A stretch of 64,000 bases of DNA, taken from NCBI RefSeq assembly GCF_002087085.1, contig NZ_MWQY01000002.1, positions 1-64,000 of the forward strand, given 5' to 3'. The translations under genes and the position numbers were made by a program. This document shows positions 1-10,088 of the stretch, piece by piece. Position 1 is the first letter of the stretch, and each line of letters starts with the position of its first letter. A model generated the notes under the pieces. It did no database searches, was not told where the DNA came from, and was given only the letters and a program-made list of their open reading frames with translations.

Positions 1-87
1 TAACCTATAGCACATGTAAATTTAAAAAGGGACTGCCTACTTAATAGACAGCCCCCTTCTTTTTGCCCGAATCTCGAATGTGCCGGT

Positions 88-1062
88 CTACTTTTTGATG
101 GCGGCCTTGTTTACAACACTCGCGGGGATCTCCCCCATCAGGACCTGGGCGGCAGCTCGGGCAGCCTTCTGCTGAAGGTCCGCCTGGGCTTCCTCGGAAT
201 AAAAGCCCTTGTGGTCCGAAAGCACAACGTTATCCATTGCCTTGAGGGGATAGTCCGCCGGTGCCGGTTCCTGTTCGTGAACATCTATACCGGCCCAGGC
301 GATCCTGCCGGACTTGAGGGCATCCACCAGGGCAGCGGTATCCACCAGACCGCCCCGGGAGGTGTTTACCAGGATTGAACTGGGCTTCATTTTGGAGAAG
401 GCCTCGGCGTTGAAAAGATGCTTTGTCTTCTCGTTCAGCGGTGCATGGATGGAAACATAGTCAGACTCTTTCAGCAGGGTATCGAAATCAACCTTCCGGC
501 CGCCGGCTTTTTTGATCTCGTCCTCATCAACAAAGGGATCATAGATAAGGACTTCTCCCAGGTTAAAACCCTTCAGCTTTCGGTGCAGGGCCCGGGGAAT
601 GTGTCCGTAGCCCACAAGACCGAACTTGCGTCCCGCTATACGATAGATGGGGGTGGGACCGTTGGCGTCCCAGTCCCCTTTGCGAACCGAAGCGTCCCGG
701 AAGCGGATCTGCCGGGCGCAGGCCATAAAGAGGGCCAGAGCCTGGTCGGAAACTTCTTCCATACAGTAGTCGGGGACGTTACAGATCAGAATGCCCTTTT
801 CCGTAGCCGCAGCAGCGTCTATGCTGTCATACCCGACTCCGTAACGGGCGATAACCCTGCACTTTTCAAATTTGCCCAGGAGCTCAGCCCCCAGGGGAGC
901 CAGGTTTACCACAATGGCGTCCGCATCCTTACACTCGGCAACGATCTGATCATCCGAGGGATTTACATTGGTTATTTCAACAACCTCGGCCCCGGCTTTT
1001 TTGAACTCTTCCCTTTCCAGGGCATGACTTTCATAACGATCGTCAATTATTACTGCCTTCAT
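88..1062 (-). CDS. D-isomer-specific 2-hydroxyacid dehydrogenase (CtBP/SerA-like)
   Basis: RYGVGYDSID, GLVGYGHI Rossmann motif, VNTSRGGLVD, DVHEQEP and catalytic His region (SDHKGFYS). Confidence 0.9.
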   Translation of the reverse strand: MKAVIIDDRYESHALEREEFKKAGAEVVEITNVNPSDDQIVAECKDADAIVVNLAPLGAELLGKFEKCRVIARYGVGYDSIDAAAATEKGILICNVPDYCMEEVSDQALALFMACARQIRFRDASVRKGDWDANGPTPIYRIAGRKFGLVGYGHIPRALHRKLKGFNLGEVLIYDPFVDEDEIKKAGGRKVDFDTLLKESDYVSIHAPLNEKTKHLFNAEAFSKMKPSSILVNTSRGGLVDTAALVDALKSGRIAWAGIDVHEQEPAPADYPLKAMDNVVLSDHKGFYSEEAQADLQQKAARAAAQVLMGEIPASVVNKAAIKK

Positions 1063-1251
1063 AAAAACTCCTTATTGCATCATTTAACAGCATACGGGAA
1101 TCACAATTACTATTTCATCTTTAGTTAAATAAGTAGCGATAGTCAAGAACAGTATAGCATAAAATAGTATACGAAAAAAGGATTTTCCTTGACCTGAATG
1201 GAGGACTATGAGAAAATTGTACAAACATATCTGAATGACTAGGAGGTCAGA

Positions 1252-2259
1252 ATGAGAAAGCTTTTACTTGTATTGCTCGTCGTTATGTTGGCGATGGGCA
1301 CAATTGTTGCGGAAGGTCAAAAGGAGACCGGCGGCAAAGCAGCACCAGTTACTCTGAAATTCGCCCACGTGTACGAAACCAGCGAAGCATTCCATGAATA
1401 CGCCCTGTGGGCAGCCGACGAGATCGCAAAGCGTACTGACGGACGTTACAAGATCGAAGTATTCCCCGCTTCCTCTCTTGGTAAGGAATCGGACATCGTT
1501 GAAGGCTTGAGCCTCGGTACCGTGGACATCGTATACGCCGGCGGCGGTTTTCTTGCCGGTACCTACGGACCTCTCGGAATGACCAAAGCCGCTTTCATGT
1601 TCAAGGATTTCGACCACTGGAAGAACTTTGCCGACAGCGACTTCTTTAACGAGCTTGCAGACGGCTACGCGGACGCTTCCGGCGGCCACCAGGCCCTGGC
1701 GGTAACCTACTACGGCGCCCGCTGTGTTACCTCGAACAAACCCATCAATACCCCCGCGGATATGAAGAACCTGAAGATCCGGGTTCCCAATGCCCCGGTC
1801 TACCTGCTCTTTACCGAAGCTGTCGGCGCCAATGCGGCTCCAATCGCTTTTGCCGAGGTTTACCTGGCACTGCAGCAGGGTGTTGTCGATGCCCAGGAGA
1901 ACCCCCTTCCCACCATCAAGGCGAAGAAGTTCTACGAGGTCCAGGACTACATCAACATGACCAAGCACATGACAAACAACCTCTTCACCATTGTCGGCTC
2001 CATGACCTGGAACAAGCTCAGCGATGCCGACAAAGAGATCTTTGAGGATGTCCTGAAAGAAGCTGCAGCCAAGGCTTCAAACGCCATAGACCAGGCCGAA
2101 AAAGACCTGATCCCCTGGTTCGAAGAGCAGGGTGTAACCGTCAACCAGAATGTTGACCGGGCAGCCTTTATCAAGACTGTTGCTCCTTACCTGACCAGCG
2201 GCGACAAGATGACCTGGACTGTTGAACAGTACAACAAGATGCAGGCCCTGGCGGATTAA
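1252..2259 (+). CDS. dctP: TRAP transporter substrate-binding protein
   Basis: Signal peptide, LKIRVP, EVYLALQQGVVDAQENP; GGAGG RBS upstream. Confidence 0.92.
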   Translation: MRKLLLVLLVVMLAMGTIVAEGQKETGGKAAPVTLKFAHVYETSEAFHEYALWAADEIAKRTDGRYKIEVFPASSLGKESDIVEGLSLGTVDIVYAGGGFLAGTYGPLGMTKAAFMFKDFDHWKNFADSDFFNELADGYADASGGHQALAVTYYGARCVTSNKPINTPADMKNLKIRVPNAPVYLLFTEAVGANAAPIAFAEVYLALQQGVVDAQENPLPTIKAKKFYEVQDYINMTKHMTNNLFTIVGSMTWNKLSDADKEIFEDVLKEAAAKASNAIDQAEKDLIPWFEEQGVTVNQNVDRAAFIKTVAPYLTSGDKMTWTVEQYNKMQALAD

Positions 2260-2299
2260 CAACTTCCGCTCAACTGTAATTTTTGCTATACTTTTATCT

Positions 2300-2327
2300 C
2301 GCGGGGAACATATGTTCCCCGCGTTTT
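2300..2327 (+). terminator. Stem-loop after dctP (perfect 24-bp palindrome followed by T-run)
   Basis: CGCGGGGAACATATGTTCCCCGCG-TTTT. Confidence 0.65.
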
Positions 2328-2353
2328 CTATTGATTGGTTAAGGAGTTGCAAT

Positions 2354-2935
2354 ATGTCCACGGGAGATACCCAACCCCCAAAAAGCGGCGACAACGATAA
2401 AAACCAGATGATGGACAAGGAGTACGACTTTCACTTCAAGGATTACGCCATAGAGGATTACCTTGTACTGATTGTCTTCTGGTTCCTTGCCGCGGTAGTC
2501 TTTGCCCAGTTCTTCACCCGCTATTTTTTAAACTCATCCATCGCCTGGACGGAGGAAGTAGCCCGCTATCTTCTTATCGCCACCGGATTTATGGGCTCGG
2601 TAATGGCCGTGCGTAAGCGGGGCCACATTTATGTTGAGGTTTTCTACCGCTTTCTGCCCGCCAAGGTAGGAAGGGTAATGTCCACCATGGTGGACATCAT
2701 CAAGATTATCTTTTTCGGTATCGGTATGTACCTGTCTTTCCGCATCATGCCCATTATGGCGCGTCAGCGAATGACCGCTTTGCCCTATCCCATGAGTTAC
2801 ATCTACATCCCGGTTCTGGTCGGCTTCGTCATCATGACCATCCGCAGTGTTCAGGTGGCCTGGGAACACTGGAAGAGCGGTTATATCCCGGTCATTAATG
2901 ACTCGGACCATCCATTACCGGAAGAGATCGAGTAG
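2354..2935 (+). CDS. dctQ: TRAP small permease
   Basis: Four TM segments, WTEEVARYL, GHIYVE; start moved to ATG 2354 after AAGGAG. Confidence 0.88.
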   Translation: MSTGDTQPPKSGDNDKNQMMDKEYDFHFKDYAIEDYLVLIVFWFLAAVVFAQFFTRYFLNSSIAWTEEVARYLLIATGFMGSVMAVRKRGHIYVEVFYRFLPAKVGRVMSTMVDIIKIIFFGIGMYLSFRIMPIMARQRMTALPYPMSYIYIPVLVGFVIMTIRSVQVAWEHWKSGYIPVINDSDHPLPEEIE

Positions 2936-2947
2936 GGAGGCTGTTCA

Positions 2948-4222
2948 ATGATTGCTGTACTGTTTATTTCAATGCTTATCCTGATTGTTATCGGAGCCCC
3001 CATTGCCATAGCCCTGGGCGGATCCTCCATGATATGGGTGTACCTGACCAATGCGGTTCCTGATTTCGCCATCCTTCACCGCATGGTAATGGGTGTCGAC
3101 AGCTTCCCCCTGCTGGCAGTGCCCTTCTTTATTCTCGCAGGAAGCCTGATGAACGCCGCGGGGCTTACAAACCAGATCTTCGACTTTGCCAAGGCCTGCG
3201 TCGGCTGGCTTCCCGGTGGGCTGGGCCACGTCAATGTCGGCGCGAGCATAATATTTGCCGGTATGTCCGGTGCCGCGGTAGCCGATGCCGGAGGGCTGGG
3301 AACCATCGAGATCAAGGCCATGGACGATGCAGGCTACGACCGGGACTTCTCGGTGGCTGTAACCGCCGCCTCCTCGACGATAGGTCCCATAATCCCGCCG
3401 AGCCTGCCCATGGTTATCTACGGAGTCATGGCATCAACCTCAATCGGTGCACTCTTTATTGCTGGTTTTATTCCCGGTCTCCTGATGGGGCTCGCCCTCT
3501 CCATTCTGGTCTACTACTTCGCGAAGAAAAGACATTACCCGAAGGATTCATCCTTCTCGCTGAAACGCCTGGGTCAAACCTTTATCAAGGGACTGCCGGC
3601 GCTTTTCTCTCCGGTCATTATTATAGGCGGCATCGCCACCGGGGTATTTACCCCCACCGAAGCTGCCATTGCAGCGGTGGCCTACTCCCTGATTCTGGGC
3701 TTTGTCTACCGCACCATGACGGTAAAGAAGTTCATGGCCGTCAGCATGGAGACCATCGAATCCACGGCGGTTATTCTGCTGATAGTGGCAGGGGCATCCA
3801 TCTTTGCCTGGATCCTTACGGCCAACCGGGTAACGGAGAACTTCGCATCCGCCCTGCTCGCCTTCTCCCAGAACAAGTTTGTAGTGTTGATGCTTATAAA
3901 CATCATTCTCTTTGTGGTGGGATTCTTTATGGAGACCCTGGCGGCCATTACCATCCTCACCCCCGTACTGCTGCCCACGGTCGTTGCACTGGGAGTCGAT
4001 CCGATCCACTTTGGGGTAATCATGGTCCTGAACCTGATGATCGGTCTTCTGACCCCTCCGGTCGGAATGGTACTGTACGTATTGTCCCGAGTGGCGAAGG
4101 TGCCCTTTGAACGCTGTGCCTCAGCTACGCTGCCTTTTCTGATTCCCCTGGTTACAGTCCTGCTGCTGGTTACCTTTGTGGAACCCATCGCCATGTGGCT
4201 GCCCAGGCTTATCTTTCAGTAA
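2948..4222 (+). CDS. dctM: TRAP large permease
   Basis: LAVPFFILAG, GMSGAAVADA, GPIIPPS, FTPTEAA, LTPPVG. Confidence 0.93.
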   Translation: MIAVLFISMLILIVIGAPIAIALGGSSMIWVYLTNAVPDFAILHRMVMGVDSFPLLAVPFFILAGSLMNAAGLTNQIFDFAKACVGWLPGGLGHVNVGASIIFAGMSGAAVADAGGLGTIEIKAMDDAGYDRDFSVAVTAASSTIGPIIPPSLPMVIYGVMASTSIGALFIAGFIPGLLMGLALSILVYYFAKKRHYPKDSSFSLKRLGQTFIKGLPALFSPVIIIGGIATGVFTPTEAAIAAVAYSLILGFVYRTMTVKKFMAVSMETIESTAVILLIVAGASIFAWILTANRVTENFASALLAFSQNKFVVLMLINIILFVVGFFMETLAAITILTPVLLPTVVALGVDPIHFGVIMVLNLMIGLLTPPVGMVLYVLSRVAKVPFERCASATLPFLIPLVTVLLLVTFVEPIAMWLPRLIFQ

Positions 4223-4239
4223 GACAGTTTCATGGGAAT

Positions 4240-4285
4240 AAAAAAAGCCCGTCCTGCGCTGAGCAGAACGGGCTTTTTATTTTTT
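4240..4285. terminator. Bidirectional intrinsic terminator
   Basis: A-run, GCCCGTCCTGC / GCAGAACGGGC stem, T-run, between convergent genes. Confidence 0.75.
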
Positions 4286-4306
4286 CCGGCTGCAGAAGAC
4301 CCGGAC

Positions 4307-5209
4307 TCAGACCATCCCTTCGGCTTCCAGAGCCGCCCTGAGACCGGCCTTCTGCTCATCCGTGAGGGGAGCGAGGGGCAGCCGGGGAGCTCCCCCTGCA
4401 TAGCCCATGATATCCATAGCGGCCTTTACTCCCAGGACTCCGTATTTTCCCGCGGCATTTGAGCTCAGCTTTCTGATCCATACATCGAAGGATGCAGCCT
4501 CGTCAGCTTTTCCCGCTTCGTGCAGCCGCTGCAGCTCGCAGCACTTTTCCGGCAGATAGTCGGCGATGGAGAGCACCCCGCCAACGGCCCCGTGCTTGAG
4601 GCCTTCGTAGAATTTGTTTATGGTACCCGCCAGGATATAAAAGTTCGACCCCCTGGGAACGGCATCGATATAGGGTACTATGGGTTCGCTGGAGGTATCC
4701 TTCATTCCAGCGATGTTCGGATGCTCAGCCACCCGGCGGATAAGATCCGTAGAAATCACCACCCCCCCGGCGTATTTGGGGATATTGTACAGCAGTACCG
4801 GTACAGGAGATGCATCCGCAACGCTGGTGTAGTAGCGAACCAGGGCATCGTCGGTCATGGCGGAGGTGAAGTAGTGGGGAGGCAGCAGGGATGCAAAATC
4901 AACCCCCAGGTCCGCATAGAGTTTAATGATTTCGATTGTCGCCTTCGCCGATTCCCTCCCCGCTCCGGCAAGGATCGTCTTTGAGGGGTCCCGGTATTTT
5001 GCATAGACCCGGATTACCTTGACCGACTCCTCGTCGGTAAGACTGCGGAACTCCCCGTTGGTACCCAGGGGCATGAAGCCGCGGATATCCGTGGAGTTGT
5101 ACTTTTCCAGGTTTCCTCTGATCCTGTCGAAGGCTACCTCTTCCGTTCCGGCCTCGAAAACCGTGGCGCAGGGGGGGAATACCCCGTTCAGTCTGCTTGC
5201 ATAGTCCAT
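4307..5209 (-). CDS. Dihydrodipicolinate synthase/N-acetylneuraminate lyase family aldolase or dehydratase
   Basis: GTNGE, LYNIP, Schiff-base GMKDTS; start at MDYASR after GGAG. Confidence 0.85.
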   Translation of the reverse strand: MDYASRLNGVFPPCATVFEAGTEEVAFDRIRGNLEKYNSTDIRGFMPLGTNGEFRSLTDEESVKVIRVYAKYRDPSKTILAGAGRESAKATIEIIKLYADLGVDFASLLPPHYFTSAMTDDALVRYYTSVADASPVPVLLYNIPKYAGGVVISTDLIRRVAEHPNIAGMKDTSSEPIVPYIDAVPRGSNFYILAGTINKFYEGLKHGAVGGVLSIADYLPEKCCELQRLHEAGKADEAASFDVWIRKLSSNAAGKYGVLGVKAAMDIMGYAGGAPRLPLAPLTDEQKAGLRAALEAEGMV

Positions 5210-5255
5210 AAATACTCCAGAATTAAAATTAGGAAGGGGCATTTCACCCCGGAAA

Positions 5256-6020
5256 TTACAGTATCAGATGTCCTTTAAGCTCCTGCTGAGCCTGGTTCGG
5301 CCGCACCTGGCAGCGGTACTCAAAGGCATCGGGCTTATGGATGGTCCGTTCCCACCAGAGGGGGATATGCTCGTCGATATAGCCGACGGAAGTCACCAGA
5401 AAGCCCGCTTTTCCCTCCTCAATCTCCAGGAGTTCAGCCTCTTCTCTGGTAATGGTTACGGCGGAAATCGTCTCGTCCGTTCCGGTAATGTTCAGATCAT
5501 ACTTGTCGGTGAACAGGCGGTAGAGGGAATCCTTCAGGCTCTGCTCAAAGAGGTCCGGACAGTAATCCGCCACAATATAGCGGTGTTCCAGAATCATGGG
5601 AACGTCATTGGCCTTGCGGAGCCGTTCAATACGATAGATGTCCTCCTCTGGCCCTACCTGCAGTTTTTCGGAAATGGCAGCTTCGATATTCTTTGCCTTC
5701 AGGCGCTCAAAGCGGAGTACCACCGATTTCGCCTCGTAGCCGGCATGTCTGGCGTTCTCGGTAAAACTGGTCAGTTTCAGCAGCTTCCCCACCGAAGGTT
5801 TCGAGCGGATAAAGGTCCCCACACCCTTGCGGAATTCCAGAAGTCCCTCAGAGACCAGACTGGAGAGAGACTTGTTCGCCGTGGCCCGACTCACATCGTA
5901 CTCCTCACAGATCATCCGTTCGGTGAGAAATTTATCTCCCACCTGATACTCATCGCCGGAGATTTTCTGACGCAGCAGCCTGTTCAGCTGCTGATAGATT
6001 GGATCCTTGTTAATCATCAT
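5256..6020 (-). CDS. GntR-family regulator, HutC/UTRA type
   Basis: PIYQQL...VSRATA...GVGTF winged HTH plus UTRA domain; start approximate. Confidence 0.88.
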   Translation of the reverse strand: MMINKDPIYQQLNRLLRQKISGDEYQVGDKFLTERMICEEYDVSRATANKSLSSLVSEGLLEFRKGVGTFIRSKPSVGKLLKLTSFTENARHAGYEAKSVVLRFERLKAKNIEAAISEKLQVGPEEDIYRIERLRKANDVPMILEHRYIVADYCPDLFEQSLKDSLYRLFTDKYDLNITGTDETISAVTITREEAELLEIEEGKAGFLVTSVGYIDEHIPLWWERTIHKPDAFEYRCQVRPNQAQQELKGHLIL

Positions 6021-6145
6021 ATGCATTCCGCCTTTTTTACAACGCATTTTACCCTGCCCCGGGGACAAAATCAACCTTTGGCCAAGCCACCAACCACTTT
6101 TTTCACCAAATTCACCCCTATTTTACTGGTTTTACCCGAATAAAC

Positions 6146-6204
6146 TTGACAGGTGGCCTATCCACGTAGTATGGTAGCTTTCAGAACGAGTGGACAGTCC
6201 ACTC
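6146..6204 (+). promoter_or_regulatory. Sigma70-like promoter with palindromic operator(s)
   Basis: TTGACA (6146)-N18-TATGGT (6170); perfect palindrome GAGTGGAC-A-GTCCACTC at 6188-6204; degenerate copy GTGGCCTATCCAC at 6153-6165. Confidence 0.65.
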
Positions 6205-6222
6205 ATATGACAGGAGGATCAA

Positions 6223-7587
6223 ATGGATCAGTTCAATCTGGGTCGTACCGTACCCATGACACCGCACCTTTCCGCCAATCTTCGTTCCCTCGTCGGATCG
6301 TCAAAGGATATCCAGGGGGCGAGCCTCATAGATGACGATGCAGACTACCTGCAGCACGTGCTGGATATTCCCATATCCTGGGACAGCTACTCCCGAATCC
6401 GGCCCGTGGTACGCAGGATCGGGGTTACAGGAAACTACAAGCAGGTTCTGGACACCTTTCCCACCCCTGCCAATGAGACACCCCCGGGATTCCGGATTGA
6501 TTTCAACCTGGAAGCCGAGGGTATTCTGCGGGTGGATCTTGTCAGGGATATCAGCTACGACAAAAACAGCCAGAAGCGGGCCACAAATTTTCTTTTTTCC
6601 GCCGACAGCGCCAATCCCTACGAGGTCGCGGCCATAAAAAGCCAGCTGGCAAATCTTACCTGCAATCCCGGAATAATCTACGACCTCTTCATCAACAATC
6701 CCAAGGCGAATGTGGGCAACAAGTACAAAGACCGGGACGAGGTCATGCTTGCCCTGGGGGAGATCCTGGGACCGGGCTGCGACATAAGCGTGGAGGTCAA
6801 CAACCCCTTCGACGATGTAGAGAAGATCCTGGACGAAGCGGAACACTTCCGGGAGATGCTTTCTCCCTACCGGGTCGTCATAAAAATTCCCCACACCGGA
6901 CCGATCAACGCGGAAAATGTCGATCAGCTCCTTCAGGGAGACAAACTCTTCAGCGGGCGTTTTGACCAGGGAAGCACCGAGGACATGCTCCGGGGCCATA
7001 ACCTGGCGATGATTCTGCGGGAAAAGGGCTTCAAGATCAATTTTACCCTCATGTTCGAAGCTCAGCAGACCGCAATGGCTCTGCAGGCAAAGCCTTACTT
7101 TATCAACAGCTTTGTCCGTCACCGGCTGGCCCAGAGCCAGGAGATGAAACGCCTCCTGGACTTCTTTGATCTTACCGAAGATGTTTCGTATATTGAGAAA
7201 CTGCGGAGTTTCATGATCGCGAAGGACTACCTGAGCCCCGCCGACAAGGATATGAACCTGATCGAGGTCATGAAGATGGCCAGGCGAATTCTTCAGCAGC
7301 GGGGTGTCCATGGAGAGGGACATATTGACGGCCTTGATGGTGTACGTCATAATTTACGTATGCTCCGGCAGGTAAACCTTCCGGAAACCAGGCTGATAAT
7401 CTGCAGCATGGAGGGGGATTACAACTATCCCGATATCGACCGGCTTCTGGCTGATCCGGAATTTGCCGACATGATGGACAGAGTGGTGGTAACCGCCGAA
7501 CCTGAATATCTGGCCCGTTTTACCAGTGCCAACCAGGTGGTTTCCTACCAGCGTCGCTTCATGAACGCTGCCAGCGGAGCAAAATAA
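6223..7587 (+). CDS. Transaldolase-family protein, atypical and N-terminally extended
   Basis: ADSAN, LTCNPGI (cf. TTNP), VVIKIP Schiff-base Lys, INFTLMF, FINSFV. Confidence 0.75.
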   Translation: MDQFNLGRTVPMTPHLSANLRSLVGSSKDIQGASLIDDDADYLQHVLDIPISWDSYSRIRPVVRRIGVTGNYKQVLDTFPTPANETPPGFRIDFNLEAEGILRVDLVRDISYDKNSQKRATNFLFSADSANPYEVAAIKSQLANLTCNPGIIYDLFINNPKANVGNKYKDRDEVMLALGEILGPGCDISVEVNNPFDDVEKILDEAEHFREMLSPYRVVIKIPHTGPINAENVDQLLQGDKLFSGRFDQGSTEDMLRGHNLAMILREKGFKINFTLMFEAQQTAMALQAKPYFINSFVRHRLAQSQEMKRLLDFFDLTEDVSYIEKLRSFMIAKDYLSPADKDMNLIEVMKMARRILQQRGVHGEGHIDGLDGVRHNLRMLRQVNLPETRLIICSMEGDYNYPDIDRLLADPEFADMMDRVVVTAEPEYLARFTSANQVVSYQRRFMNAASGAK

Positions 7588-7720
7588 CGTAAGGACACCT
7601 TTAAAACGTGGTATTTTTTCCATAGTCGAGGAGGAAAGGTTTTGCCGCGCCCGCGGGAAAAGAGCAGTTTTTTGAGGTGTCCGTAAATTTTTTCCAGGAA
7701 GACACAGTAAGGAGCAGTAC

Positions 7721-8170
7721 ATGAGTAAACGAGTAGCCATAGGATGCGACCCAAACGCCAGCGATCTCAAGGATTACATTAAATCCTGTCTGGATGAATG
7801 GGGCTATGAGTACACCGACATGGGCAGCGAAGATCCCATCTATGCCAATGTCGCTTTTAAAGTCGGCGAAGCCGTGGCACGGGGAGAATACGACCGGGGA
7901 ATACTGCTGTGCGGTACCGGTATCGGCGTAAGCATCGCCGCCAACAAGGTGCCCGGGATCTACGCGGCCCTCTGTACCGACGTCTATTCCGCTGAACGGG
8001 CGGTAAAGAGCAACAACGCCAATGTCATGACCATGGGCGCCCAGACCATCGGTCCGATAATCGCCAGGGATATGGTAAAAACCTATCTTGAGGCGGATTG
8101 GGAGCCCGGAACCAGGTCCGAACCCAAGGTCCAGGCCTACGTTGATTACGCAAAAAAGCACGAGGCCTAG
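7721..8170 (+). CDS. RpiB/LacAB-family sugar-phosphate isomerase (DerI-like)
   Basis: IGCD, CGTGIGVSIAANKVPG, YSAERAVKSNNAN. Confidence 0.88.
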   Translation: MSKRVAIGCDPNASDLKDYIKSCLDEWGYEYTDMGSEDPIYANVAFKVGEAVARGEYDRGILLCGTGIGVSIAANKVPGIYAALCTDVYSAERAVKSNNANVMTMGAQTIGPIIARDMVKTYLEADWEPGTRSEPKVQAYVDYAKKHEA

Positions 8171-8189
8171 GGAGCGGCGGGAAAACACT

Positions 8190-9056
8190 ATGAGTCTAAG
8201 CGCACAGGAAAAATGGGAACTGGAAGAGAAGGCCCTGTCCCTGCGGGAGAAAGTCCTCAGAATGATCAAGGCCTCCGGTTCCGGTCACCTGGGAGGAGCC
8301 CTTTCTGCAACCGAGATACTTACGGCCCTCTACTTTCGTATTATGAGGGTGGATCCCCAACGGCCCGACTGGCCCGAGAGGGACCGTTTCGTCCTCTCCG
8401 CGGGACACAAATGTCTTATCCTCTATGCAGCCCTGGCGGAGAAGGGTTTTCTGCCGGAAAGCTATCTGGATACCTACGGAGACCTTAAGTCCCCCCTGCC
8501 GGGCCACCCCAGCATGGAAAAACAGCCGGGAGTAGAGGCCAATACCGGAGCCCTGGGACACGGACTCTCCATAGCCGGCGGCATGGCCATGGGTCTGCGG
8601 GCCCAGGAGAAAAAGAACCGGGTTTTCGTACTCATGGGGGACGGAGAACAGGCGGAGGGCTCCAACTGGGAGGCCGCAGCGGCAGCCTCCTACCACAAAC
8701 TGGACAATCTGCTGGCCTTTGTCGACCGCAACGGACTCCAGATCGGCGGGAAGACAACCGAAGTAATGAGTTACGAACCTCTGGAAGATCGCTGGTCCGC
8801 CTTCGGCTGGAGCGTTAAAACCATCGACGGCAACAATATCGAACAGGTGGTGGAAGCCATCGAATCGGCACCTTTCGAGGCGGGAAAACCCTCGGTAATC
8901 ATCGCCGATACGGTCAAATCCAAGGGACTCTCTTTCGCCGAAGGAGACGCGGCCTACCACTACTGGAAGGCCGGTGCCGATGAAATGAAAACCGCTGACG
9001 CTGACCTGAAAAAGGCTCGCGAAATTCTGGAAAACGCACGGAAGGGGTTGAAATGA
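8190..9056 (+). CDS. Transketolase N-terminal (TPP-binding) subunit
   Basis: GHLGGALS, RDRFVLSAGH, GHP, GDGE...N TPP motif; start at MSLSAQ. Confidence 0.9.
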   Translation: MSLSAQEKWELEEKALSLREKVLRMIKASGSGHLGGALSATEILTALYFRIMRVDPQRPDWPERDRFVLSAGHKCLILYAALAEKGFLPESYLDTYGDLKSPLPGHPSMEKQPGVEANTGALGHGLSIAGGMAMGLRAQEKKNRVFVLMGDGEQAEGSNWEAAAAASYHKLDNLLAFVDRNGLQIGGKTTEVMSYEPLEDRWSAFGWSVKTIDGNNIEQVVEAIESAPFEAGKPSVIIADTVKSKGLSFAEGDAAYHYWKAGADEMKTADADLKKAREILENARKGLK

Positions 9057-10012
9057 AAACGGTAAGCTGGAACAGAACATTCACCGAAGCAAAGGATCCC
9101 CGCAAGACCTTCGGGGAAGCCCTGACTGACGCGGGAAGCGCTATACCCGAAATAATAGCCCTCTCCACCGACAGCTCCTCAGGTTCCGGAATGGGCCCCT
9201 TCGCCAAAAAGTTCCCGGAGCGGCATTACGAGTTCGGCATCATGGAGCAGGGGGCCATAGGGTATGCCGCGGGGCTTGCATCCACGGGCCTGATCCCTTT
9301 TTACGCTGCCATCGCCCCCTTTGTAACCGCCCGGCCCTACGAGATGTTCCGCAACGACCTGGGTTATATGCAGCAGAATGTCAAGGTTGTGGGACGCTGC
9401 GCAGGTCTCACCTACTCCCACCTGGGTCCGACTCACCATTCCCTGGATGATATCGCCATTATCCGGACCATCCCCGGTGTAACGATCCTGAATCCCGGCG
9501 ACCCGGTAAGCATTCACAAGGCCGTACAGGCGGCGGCCGAGTTCAAGGGACCGGCCTATATCCGCATAGGAAGTCCACCCATGCCCGGCATCTATAATGG
9601 CGATGTTCCCTTCGAGGCGGGCAAGGGTAACGTCCTTATGGACGGGACGGATGTAACGATCATAGCCACCGGTACCATGCTCGCCAATGCCGTCAAGGCC
9701 GCCATGAGCCTGGAATCCGAAGGGGTCAGCGTCTGCCTGATCGACATGCACACGGTAAAGCCCCTGGATACGGAGCTTGTACTGGAGGCGGCTGAACGTA
9801 CCGGACGCATCGTCACCGTGGAAGAACACTATGTGACCGGCGGTCTCGGAAGTGCCGTGGCTGAGCTCTGCTCCGCAAATCGGCCAACCCCGGTCCACAT
9901 GATCGGCGTCAAGGACCAGTACGCCAGCAACGGACCCTACGAGGAGCTCCTGGGACTCTACGGCCTGCAGGCCGGACAGATCGCCGACACGGTCAGAAAT
10001 ATCTTGAAATAA
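9053..10012 (+). CDS. Transketolase C-terminal subunit
   Basis: GIMEQG, GPTHH, HTVKPLD, VEEHY; ATGA overlap with upstream gene. Confidence 0.9.
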   Translation: MKTVSWNRTFTEAKDPRKTFGEALTDAGSAIPEIIALSTDSSSGSGMGPFAKKFPERHYEFGIMEQGAIGYAAGLASTGLIPFYAAIAPFVTARPYEMFRNDLGYMQQNVKVVGRCAGLTYSHLGPTHHSLDDIAIIRTIPGVTILNPGDPVSIHKAVQAAAEFKGPAYIRIGSPPMPGIYNGDVPFEAGKGNVLMDGTDVTIIATGTMLANAVKAAMSLESEGVSVCLIDMHTVKPLDTELVLEAAERTGRIVTVEEHYVTGGLGSAVAELCSANRPTPVHMIGVKDQYASNGPYEELLGLYGLQAGQIADTVRNILK

Positions 10013-10020
10013 CACTCTAT

Positions 10021-10048
10021 TCCCCCGGTTCTGTACCGGGGGATTTTT
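10021..10048 (+). terminator. Stem-loop/terminator
   Basis: TCCCCCGGT-loop-ACCGGGGGA-TTTTT. Confidence 0.6.
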
Positions 10049-10088
10049 CTGTGACAAGCAGAACAATCAAAGGGACAAGGAGAGGGGC

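Noticed and set aside
2300..2323. TGTTCCCCGCG resembles the start of a type I-E CRISPR repeat
   Set aside because: Single copy within a palindrome; no array, spacers or cas genes in the window.
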